Below, piece by piece: positions 28,243 to 35,631 of a DNA stretch of 35,631 bases (its first letter is position 1; the number at the start of each line of letters is the position of its first letter). A model generated the notes under the pieces. It was not told where the DNA came from. It made no database searches and worked only from the letters and a program-made list of their open reading frames with translations. The stretch is from positions 1 to 35,631 of the forward strand of contig JBHEPK010000003.1 of the NCBI GenBank assembly GCA_046260325.1. The letters run 5' to 3'. Both the position numbers and the translations under genes were made by a program. Source of the stretch: Desulfonatronovibrio sp. Its GTDB lineage: Bacteria > Desulfobacterota > Desulfovibrionia > Desulfovibrionales > Desulfonatronovibrionaceae.

Positions 28243-28391
28243 AATAAGTTCGGCTGGTTAAGCACATGGGCATGACTCCCTTAGAAAAAACCGACCTGAC
28301 CAACGGCACATTAAACGGATGTTAAGGGCTGCATAAGAAACAGCAATTAAAAGGGGCAATCTCACAAACTATGGGATTGCCCCTTTTAATT
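28243..28391 (+). ncRNA. Candidate sRNA antisense to the tauE translation-initiation region
   Basis: Segment between two terminators. Contains GGCATGACTCCC (28269-28280), the exact reverse complement of tauE RBS plus ATG (26901-26912). 5' end is a guess. Confidence 0.3.
28345..28391. terminator. Strong bidirectional intrinsic terminator
   Basis: AATTAAAAGGGGCAATCTCA-CAAACTA-TGGGATTGCCCCTTTTAATT. Confidence 0.85.
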
Positions 28392-28484
28392 TGTAAAACT
28401 ATATAGTAATTTAAACATTCACAGGCGTTATTGTTTTAGTTTACTCAGGAACATTAAATAAAGTTTTAATAGCACAGGTTTTAA

Positions 28485-29138
28485 ATGGAATTCTTAAATG
28501 ACATCTGGCTTCAAATATATACTTATCTTGATGCAGTGCTCATTGCGCCTTACAGAGCCTTTGAAGTACCCATCCTTGGTTTCTATTTCGGCACATTCAT
28601 CCTGTGTGTGTGGTGCGTACTCATAGGCGAAATGACCTTCAGGCTGGCTGCGGTGGCCAACCGGTCACACATTAACAAACTTCGTGCTCAGGCAGTAAAG
28701 ATGCATAATCTATCCATAAAAGCCATAGTGTTAAAAGATAAGGAAAATTATAGATCATGCAACAAAGAGGCTAATGAGGCCTTTGGAAAATATTTTTTCA
28801 ATATGATAACTCAGGGTGCTGCCTTTCTGTGGCCCGTACCCTTTGCCCTTGGCTGGATGTCCATACGGTTTTCCCAGGTCGAATTTGAAATGGCCATATA
28901 TGTTCCTATTATCGGAAACACTGTTGGTTTTGCAGCAGTTATGATTCCCATGTATATTCTATGCAGAATCATCTGGGGAAGACTGAAGCCGCATCTGTAT
29001 TTTTTCAATAAGGATCCCAGGCTTGGAATTGATGAAGGCGAAGAAGAAATGATCAAATGGGAAGATATCAACAAAAATCGTGGTTTGCCTGAAAAGTTCT
29101 GGGGCAATCGCGAAATTCAGCAAACAAATAAAAGGTAA
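28485..29138 (+). CDS. Uncharacterised membrane protein (TM-coiled coil-TM; DUF106/EMC3-like layout, tentative)
   Basis: 217-aa ORF with hydrophobic segments flanking a helical soluble loop; closely spaced to the next gene. Confidence 0.75.
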   Translation: MEFLNDIWLQIYTYLDAVLIAPYRAFEVPILGFYFGTFILCVWCVLIGEMTFRLAAVANRSHINKLRAQAVKMHNLSIKAIVLKDKENYRSCNKEANEAFGKYFFNMITQGAAFLWPVPFALGWMSIRFSQVEFEMAIYVPIIGNTVGFAAVMIPMYILCRIIWGRLKPHLYFFNKDPRLGIDEGEEEMIKWEDINKNRGLPEKFWGNREIQQTNKR

Positions 29139-29143
29139 AACAA

Positions 29144-30763
29144 ATGCGCATCGGAAACTATGAGTTTGATGAATTTATTGAAGTGGTTAGAAACTTTCAC
29201 GGCAGTCCAGCTCCAGGAATCATTATTGGCGGAATGATGGTTGATATGGCCAGAGAAAATCTGCCTCCTGATACTATTTTTGATGCCATTGCAGAAAGTC
29301 CCAAATGTCTGCCGGATGCCATTCAGCTTCTCACCTTATGTACTGTTGGTAATGGTTGGCTTAAAATAATCAATCTGGGACGGTATGCATTAACCCTTTA
29401 CGACAAATATAACGGCCAGGGCGTTCGGGTATACATTGATGTTGAAAAACTCAAGAAATGGCCCGAAGTCCATGCCTGGCTTTTAAAGCTCAAACCAAAA
29501 AAAGAGCAGGATTTTAACCTGCTCATGTCTCAAATCCAGGAAGCAGGCTATGGCATGTTTACAGCTGTTCCCACACTTGTAGACTTAAGCCAGCTTTCAA
29601 CCAAAAAAATGCGTAAAATTGTTATCTGTCCCATCTGTCATGAACCATTTCCGGGCAATGATGGAGCAGCGTGCAGGGGATGCCACGGAGACAGCCCCTA
29701 TGTGGAACAGGTTGAATGTCATCCTGAACCTGAACTGAGTAAAGTACCCTTAAATGAAGCAATCGGGCAAAAAGCATCCCATGACATGACCGGAATAAAT
29801 CCTGATGCCGGCTTCAAAGGGCCTGTTATCAAAAGAGGACAGGAAATTAATATTGGTGACATGTGCCGGTTGCAGCAAATAGGCAGGAACAATATCTACT
29901 CTGATGAAGTTCCTGATGAAAAAGACTGGGTCCATGAAGATGACGCAGCAAGGCAGTTCGCCGAAGCCATGGCTGGAACCGGAGTAACCTTTGACCTGCC
30001 ACCAAGGGAAGGCAAGGTAAATCTCAAGGCATCAAGAGACGGTCTGTTAAGGATTAACAGACAAAATCTTCTGGCCTTTAACCTTGTACCGCAGGTCATG
30101 TGCGCCAGTCGCCAAAACTATATAATGGTTAATAAAGATACTATTATTGCAGGTACAAGAGCCATACCCTTATATATTTCAAGGTCAAACTTTCAAAAAG
30201 CCATGCAGGTGCTTGAAACTGAATCCCTTTTTCAAGTCATGGCATTGCCTGCCCGCAAGGTTGGACTGCTCATAACAGGGACAGAAGTATACAATGGAAT
30301 CATCAAAGACCGCTTTGAGCCTATTATTACTGATAAGGTCCAGAAGCTTGGGTCAGATGTTATCCATACCATAATCTGTCCGGACGATCGTGAAAAAATA
30401 AAACAGTCTATACAGGAACTTATCAGTTCAGGATCAGAAGTTATTGTAACCACAGCAGGTCTTTCTGTTGACCCTGACGATGTAACCAGAAAAGGCATTC
30501 AGGATGCCGGGGCTTCAGATATCCTTTACGGAGCTCCTATTTTACCAGGCGCCATGACCATGCTTACACATATCGGTCCAGTATCAGTAATTGGTGTGCC
30601 AGCTTGTGCCCTGTATTTTAAAACAACCAGTTTTGACCTGCTTATTCCAAGAATCCTGGCAGGAGTAGGCATAACCCGTCTTGATCTGGCTCAAATGGCT
30701 GATGGAGGATTGTGTCTGGCCTGCAAATCTTGCACATATCCCAAATGTCCGTTTGGGAAGTAA
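29144..30763 (+). CDS. FmdE-domain plus molybdopterin-binding (MoeA/MogA-like) fusion protein
   Basis: FHGSPAPG and CLPDAIQ..CTVGNG (FmdE); CPICHE..CRGC Zn-finger; TGTEV, PDD, TAGLSVDPDDVT, YGAPILPGAM; C-terminal CLACKSCTYPKCPFGK. Confidence 0.88.
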   Translation: MRIGNYEFDEFIEVVRNFHGSPAPGIIIGGMMVDMARENLPPDTIFDAIAESPKCLPDAIQLLTLCTVGNGWLKIINLGRYALTLYDKYNGQGVRVYIDVEKLKKWPEVHAWLLKLKPKKEQDFNLLMSQIQEAGYGMFTAVPTLVDLSQLSTKKMRKIVICPICHEPFPGNDGAACRGCHGDSPYVEQVECHPEPELSKVPLNEAIGQKASHDMTGINPDAGFKGPVIKRGQEINIGDMCRLQQIGRNNIYSDEVPDEKDWVHEDDAARQFAEAMAGTGVTFDLPPREGKVNLKASRDGLLRINRQNLLAFNLVPQVMCASRQNYIMVNKDTIIAGTRAIPLYISRSNFQKAMQVLETESLFQVMALPARKVGLLITGTEVYNGIIKDRFEPIITDKVQKLGSDVIHTIICPDDREKIKQSIQELISSGSEVIVTTAGLSVDPDDVTRKGIQDAGASDILYGAPILPGAMTMLTHIGPVSVIGVPACALYFKTTSFDLLIPRILAGVGITRLDLAQMADGGLCLACKSCTYPKCPFGK

Positions 30764-30769
30764 GAAAAA

Positions 30770-31702
30770 ATGCTAAAATCACTAAAATACCTATTCCTCC
30801 TCTTTACCTTATTGCTTCTTACTCTGGCCCTTTATGGCTGCGAAGAAAGAGAAGAAACTGTCAAAGTATCCTTAGACAAAAGAGAGGATGTAAGCTTCAG
30901 ACCTCAAATGCCGGCCCTGACTTACGCCTATCTCCCTCAGTACTCTCACACTGAGTCTTTTAAGCGTCACCACAGGCTTGTTGAATATCTTTCCGAACAG
31001 ACAGGTATGCCCATCAGGCAGGTTTTCCCTGACACTTTTGACGATCATATAAACATGTTCGGCCAGGGAAAAATAGACATCTCTTTTTCAAACCCTTTCA
31101 TCTATGTAAAGCTTGCCAACCGGTTTGGAGCAGAAGCCCTCACCAGAATTATTGAGGAGGATGGAAGGGCTGAATTTCGGGGAAAAATCATTGCCCGTAA
31201 AGATAACGAAGAAATTCAGACCATAGAGGATTGCAGGAATAAATCCTGGGTTGCTGTTGATCCATCATCTGCTGGAGGATACCTGTTTCCATTAGGCCAT
31301 TTTGTCGATCATGGGATCCTTCTCGATGATTTCGAAGAAGTAGTCTTTGCCGGAGGAAGGCAGGAAAATGTAATCCTGGGCGTTCATGCCGGACTTCACG
31401 ATATCGGCTCTATCAGAGAAGGTTCTCTCGGTGTGGTGGCAGACAAAATTGATATTAATCAAATAAAAATTATCGATAATACAAGGTGGTATCCTGGATG
31501 GGTGTATGCTTACAGTCCGAGGCTTCCAGAAGATGTGGCAGATAAAATCAGAGAAGCCATGCTTAAACTGGACTACGAACATGATCCTCAACACCGGGCC
31601 ATACTTGACGCAGCCAGATTCATTGGTTTTGTCCCCTCTGACGACCAGGATTTTGACCCCGTAAGAGAACTCAGTGAGAAAGTAGGACTGGATCTTGATT
31701 AA
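30770..31702 (+). CDS. PhnD-family (phosphate/phosphite/phosphonate-type) periplasmic binding lipoprotein
   Basis: Lipobox LYGC; YLSEQTG, DISFSNPFIYV, VDPSSAGGYLFP. No ABC permease or ATPase nearby. Confidence 0.88.
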   Translation: MLKSLKYLFLLFTLLLLTLALYGCEEREETVKVSLDKREDVSFRPQMPALTYAYLPQYSHTESFKRHHRLVEYLSEQTGMPIRQVFPDTFDDHINMFGQGKIDISFSNPFIYVKLANRFGAEALTRIIEEDGRAEFRGKIIARKDNEEIQTIEDCRNKSWVAVDPSSAGGYLFPLGHFVDHGILLDDFEEVVFAGGRQENVILGVHAGLHDIGSIREGSLGVVADKIDINQIKIIDNTRWYPGWVYAYSPRLPEDVADKIREAMLKLDYEHDPQHRAILDAARFIGFVPSDDQDFDPVRELSEKVGLDLD

Positions 31703-33782
31703 ATTTATACTTAAATATCTTAGAACCCTTAAGTTCCGAAGCAAAATCACCCTCGGAATGACCCTGATGCTGATTTTTTGCGGTTTGGGCATAGGTCTTA
31801 TTCTATCCAGCATGTCATCCAGTGCTCTGTTGGAAGAGGGCAAAAAAAGAGGCCAGGCCCTTACCTCTGGTCTGGCATTCCGTTTGTTTGAGCCGATCCT
31901 GGCCATGGATTTCCTGCAGATGAAAAACCTCATTGATAACGTCTACAATCAGTATGAAGACGTTCATTATGTCTTTCTCACAGACAATAACGATAATATC
32001 CTTTCTCACACCTTTTCAGGTGGATTTCCTTCTGATCTGCTCAAAATAAACATGCAGGATGTCACAAATGAACCTGTGCTTCTCTCCACAGAATATGGAT
32101 TAATTTACGATTTTAATGCCCGGATATCACTGGGCGACCGAAATCTGGGAACAGTAAGACTTGGGCTTTCCAGACAGGAAATGGACGCCCAGATTAACAG
32201 GCAGCGGCTAACCAGTTTTTTCAGCACATTGGGTGTTGTGGGGCTGGGCATTATTGTAGCATTATGGTTTGCCCGTTCAGTTACATACAGACTAAACAGA
32301 CTGCGGGAATCTGCTGAAGAAGTGGTTAAGGGTAACCTTGATGTCCAGGCAGGATTTGATCTGGAAAAAAACTGCTGGGAAATAATGGATTGTAACCGTA
32401 CTGAATGTCCTGCTTATGGAGATCCCCAGCGACGGTGCTGGTACGTGGCCGGAACTCTGTGTCCTGAATGCGCAGATGGTGAATATCCGTACAAAATTGA
32501 CTCATGCAGGACCTGCCCTGTATACAAACAGAATTTTGGAGATGAAATTCAGGACCTTGCTGAGGCCTTTGACGTCATGGCCGTAACAGTCAAAACCCAT
32601 ATTGAAGAATTGACCGCGAGGGAAAAGACTATAGCAAGGCAGCAGGGCCTTTTAAAGACTATAATGAATGTCACTCCTGACTTTATCACCCTGCAGGACA
32701 GAGAACTGAAATACAAGTTTGCCAGTAAGGCATTTTGCGATTACTTTAATTTAAAAGAAGAAAATATAATCGGCAAAACTGATTTTGAAATATTCTCTGA
32801 AATTCAGGCAGATCACAACTACCACGAAGATATGCAGATCATCATTACTGGTCAGCCTCTATCCAAGGAAATTACATTCAACCGCGCCGAAGGCCAGAAA
32901 TGGCTGCATGTGATCAAGGTTCCGGTTTACGATCAGGATGAAAGTATAATTGGGATACTTCTTACTGCGAGAGATATTTCCATGCTCAAGAAATTTCAGG
33001 AACAACTTATCCAATCTCAGAAAATGGAAGATCTTGGCAGACTGGCAGGAGGAGTTGCTCATGAAATAAATACTCCCCTTGGTATTATTCTGGGCTATAC
33101 ACAGCTTCTTTTGGAAGACATCAAAGATGAAAACCTGTTAGAGGATCTGAAAATCGTTGAAAAACAAACCAAAGTCTGCAGAAAAATCGTAGCAGACCTT
33201 CTGGGTTTCTCAAGATACTCCCAGTCCGCAAGTGAAAACGTGGATATAAATGAGTCCCTTCAGGAAGTTATAAAACTGGTGGAGCATGTATTCTCCCTTA
33301 ACCATATTAAAATCCTTAATTCAACAGATGAAAATATTCCAGCCCTTACAGGAGACAAGGAAAGACTAAAACAGGTCTGGCTGAATATGCTCAATAATGC
33401 TGCTGATGCCATTGGTCAGGACGGTGTAATCTATGTCCAGTCCAAACTCTGTGCCCACAGACAAAAGGTTGTGGTCAGCATTACTGACACTGGAAAAGGT
33501 ATAAAAGAAGAACATTTAAGTAATATTTTTGACCCGTTTTTTACAACCAAGCAGGTGGGAAAAGGTACAGGTCTGGGACTTTCTGTTTCTTTTGGAATCA
33601 TAAAGGACCATGGGGGAAAAGTTTCCGCCCTGAGCCCGCCACCTCACGAATATCTGCCTGAAGATTTTCCCAAGTCTAAAAATTACGGTCCAGGTACTGT
33701 CTTTATTATAGAGCTGCCTCTGGATCACCATGAAGAAAAAGAAGAAGTGGAGGACAACAATGTCAAACATTGCAGTACTTGA
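31695..33782 (+). CDS. Membrane sensor histidine kinase (2TM, HAMP with Cys-rich insert, PAS, HisKA, HATPase)
   Basis: GRLAGGVAHEINTPL, QVWLNMLNNA, DTGKG, FDPFFTTK, GTGLGL; PAS-like IIGKTDFEIF. Confidence 0.95.
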   Translation: MIKFILKYLRTLKFRSKITLGMTLMLIFCGLGIGLILSSMSSSALLEEGKKRGQALTSGLAFRLFEPILAMDFLQMKNLIDNVYNQYEDVHYVFLTDNNDNILSHTFSGGFPSDLLKINMQDVTNEPVLLSTEYGLIYDFNARISLGDRNLGTVRLGLSRQEMDAQINRQRLTSFFSTLGVVGLGIIVALWFARSVTYRLNRLRESAEEVVKGNLDVQAGFDLEKNCWEIMDCNRTECPAYGDPQRRCWYVAGTLCPECADGEYPYKIDSCRTCPVYKQNFGDEIQDLAEAFDVMAVTVKTHIEELTAREKTIARQQGLLKTIMNVTPDFITLQDRELKYKFASKAFCDYFNLKEENIIGKTDFEIFSEIQADHNYHEDMQIIITGQPLSKEITFNRAEGQKWLHVIKVPVYDQDESIIGILLTARDISMLKKFQEQLIQSQKMEDLGRLAGGVAHEINTPLGIILGYTQLLLEDIKDENLLEDLKIVEKQTKVCRKIVADLLGFSRYSQSASENVDINESLQEVIKLVEHVFSLNHIKILNSTDENIPALTGDKERLKQVWLNMLNNAADAIGQDGVIYVQSKLCAHRQKVVVSITDTGKGIKEEHLSNIFDPFFTTKQVGKGTGLGLSVSFGIIKDHGGKVSALSPPPHEYLPEDFPKSKNYGPGTVFIIELPLDHHEEKEEVEDNNVKHCST

Positions 33783-34131
33783 TGATGTTTATGACGCCGG
33801 CATTCTCGTACAGAGAATCCTAAAACGAAAGGACCATACAGTTCACCCGTTTACAGAAGAGGAAGAATTCCTGACATTCGTAAAAAATGAACAGGTGGAT
33901 CTGGCCATTCTTGATATCAAGCTCAAAAAGTTAAGTGGTGTCGAAGTATTGGAGGAATCCAAAAAAATTTCCCCATCAACAAAAATAATAATGCTGACAG
34001 GTTATCCAACAATAGAAACAGCTCAAAAATGTCTTCAGCTTGGCGCTGATGAATATCTTGTCAAGCCCATTGACAAGCATGAACTGGAAGAAAAAGTGGA
34101 CAAAGTGCTCAAGGGCAGCTCACAGGATTAG
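33760..34131 (+). CDS. Single-domain response regulator
   Basis: VLDD, LAILDIKL, MLTGY, GADEYLVKP. Start at ATG 33760 after GGAGG. Confidence 0.93.
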   Translation: MSNIAVLDDVYDAGILVQRILKRKDHTVHPFTEEEEFLTFVKNEQVDLAILDIKLKKLSGVEVLEESKKISPSTKIIMLTGYPTIETAQKCLQLGADEYLVKPIDKHELEEKVDKVLKGSSQD

Positions 34132-34136
34132 CTTAT

Positions 34137-35631
34137 ATGTGGGTTACTCAACTCTTAGACTACTGGTCCAGGCAGGTTTTTGCCCCAGGTACACTGCTGC
34201 GCAAGAAATACCAGTATTTCAGAGATCTTCTTGCCCTTGACCGTTATTGCCTGGAAAAAATGGCTGAAATAGAAGAAGTACACTACCGTGGTCTTCCCTG
34301 CGACTATGCCAGGGTAATAAGGCTTTGTGCTGAACTTGATCAGGGAGTGGAAAAACTCATCAAAAGTATTGTTGCCTTGAATCCCCTGCGCTACCGAGTC
34401 CTTAAAGAGTACCACAATAAAGTATCTTTCTATCTTGATCTTGCATTGAGTATCAGTACCCCGGATACAACTCCTCCATTTGTTTTAAACTTAAGCCAGG
34501 ACCCCACTGAAGAACTTGTTGGCGGAAAAGCCATGAATCTCGGAATAATCAGAAATAATGATTTTCCAACTCCAAAAGGCTTTTGCGTCACAACAAACGC
34601 CTTCAACTCCATCATATCAGCCAATGTTCTGCGCCCTGAAATAAACCAGATTCTTGGCAAGGTCTGTCTTAACCAGATTGAGGATTTTGAAAAACAGTGC
34701 CGGGAAATACAGGAACTTATACTTGATGCAGTAATTCCTGAAAATGTTCTTGAAGAAATCATCCAAAAGCTGGAGGGCTTCAAAGATTCCAAGTTAGCCA
34801 TCCGCTCCAGCGCCTTCGGGGAAGACAGTGATCTCAGCTTTGCTGGACAGTACAAAAGTATGCTCAAAATAAAACCTGAGGATTTTGAAAATGCTTATAA
34901 GCAGGTTATAGCCAGCAAATATTCTCCCAGGGCCATGACCTACCGTATTCATGCCGGCCTTCCTGATGAGCTTCTGCCCATGGCTGTTCTGGTCCTGGAA
35001 ATGGTTGATGCCAAAGAAAGCGGGGTTGTTTACTCTTCCGGAGTCAAGGACAAAGATGAAATGGGCATATACATAGTCACAGGACTTGGAGACAAGCTGG
35101 TCAGCGGAGAAGTAAAGGCCAGAGAATACTTTATAAATAAAAAGGAAAAATTTGATTTTTCCCCGGATCTGCCTCCGTATCTGCAGGAACTTCATAAGCA
35201 TGCTCTGAACTTGGAAAAACTGTTTGGCAAAGCCCAGGACATTGAATGGGTAGTGGATAAAAATAATAAGCTTCAACTGGTGCAAACCAGACCCCTGCAC
35301 GCTATAAAACCGGATAATAATGCACCAAGGCTTGACCTTCCAGTCCTTGCCAAAGGGGAATGGGCAAGCCCCGGTCTTGTAAGCGGCAAGATATTTCTGC
35401 TCACATCCAAAGACGATATATCCAAAATACCCCAGGGAAGTATAGTTGTGGCTGAAGGGCTGTATCCTGAACTGACTGCTGCCACAAGCATCCTGGGAGG
35501 TGTCATCACTAAGGAGGGGAGTGCAGCAAGCCATTTTGCCACCATTGCCCGGGAAGGATCAGTGCCGGTAATCATAAACGTTTCAGATGCCATGGAAACT
35601 CTTAAAAACGACCAACTCGTAACCCTTGATG
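34137..35631 (+). CDS. PEP synthase/PPDK-like protein (PEP/pyruvate-binding domain plus His swivel domain); 3' end outside window, absent from the ORF track
   Basis: Read from ATG 34137 (MWVTQLLDYWSRQVFAPGTLLRKKY). Motifs VGGKAMNL, PKGFCVTT, AIRSSAFGEDSDLSFAGQY, GLGDKLVSGE, QDIEW, VQTRP, SAASHFATIARE. Confidence 0.92.
   Translation, partial: MWVTQLLDYWSRQVFAPGTLLRKKYQYFRDLLALDRYCLEKMAEIEEVHYRGLPCDYARVIRLCAELDQGVEKLIKSIVALNPLRYRVLKEYHNKVSFYLDLALSISTPDTTPPFVLNLSQDPTEELVGGKAMNLGIIRNNDFPTPKGFCVTTNAFNSIISANVLRPEINQILGKVCLNQIEDFEKQCREIQELILDAVIPENVLEEIIQKLEGFKDSKLAIRSSAFGEDSDLSFAGQYKSMLKIKPEDFENAYKQVIASKYSPRAMTYRIHAGLPDELLPMAVLVLEMVDAKESGVVYSSGVKDKDEMGIYIVTGLGDKLVSGEVKAREYFINKKEKFDFSPDLPPYLQELHKHALNLEKLFGKAQDIEWVVDKNNKLQLVQTRPLHAIKPDNNAPRLDLPVLAKGEWASPGLVSGKIFLLTSKDDISKIPQGSIVVAEGLYPELTAATSILGGVITKEGSAASHFATIAREGSVPVIINVSDAMETLKNDQLVTLD

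Noticed and set aside
30770-31702. Phosphonate ABC transport system
   Set aside because: No phnC/phnE or other phn genes in the window, and the gene overlaps a kinase gene.
31292-31933. 213-aa minus-strand ORF
   Set aside because: Antisense to two well-supported genes, with no protein-family features.
34430-35593. Minus-strand ORFs of 145, 246 and 106 aa
   Set aside because: Antisense shadows of the PEP-synthase-like gene on the + strand; no recognisable motifs.
1-35631. CRISPR arrays, tRNA/rRNA genes, transposases, prophage or defence genes
   Set aside because: No regularly spaced repeats, cloverleaf or rRNA signatures, or matching ORFs seen; the window is almost fully explained by the listed CDSs.

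Overview
Bacterial chromosomal window, moderately AT-rich, with gene content typical of a Desulfovibrionales sulfate reducer. A haloalkaliphile such as Desulfonatronovibrio is my inference, not something the sequence proves. Left part (1-12.3 kb): the 3' part of eno, folD, a MEMO1/AmmeMemoRadiSam-B gene, a large exported TPR protein downstream of a sigma54 activator that has no sensory domain, sfsA, an EamA/DMT transporter, a K+ channel-DUF1538-DUF1538-PII-like operon and a small coiled-coil protein. Right part (12.4-35.6 kb) reads as one energy-metabolism locus. A Tat-less PsrA/PhsA-like molybdoenzyme is transcribed divergently from a complex-I-like operon (nuoABCDHIJK, no nuoEFG). In that operon nuoL is replaced by an Mrp-like trio, giving four antiporter-like subunits with nuoM and nuoN. 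Downstream lie the matching PsrB/DmsB-type polyferredoxin, a TauE/SafE exporter, a membrane protein, an FmdE-MoeA-like protein, an orphan PhnD-type lipoprotein, a histidine kinase with a Cys-rich insert, a single-domain response regulator and a PEP-synthase-like protein cut off by the window end. Best candidate for an undescribed system: a cytoplasmic sulfur-oxyanion molybdoenzyme wired to a quinone-reactive, four-pump complex I in place of the NADH module. A second candidate is an sRNA antisense to the tauE ribosome-binding site. All calls come from motif recognition only; no searches were run.
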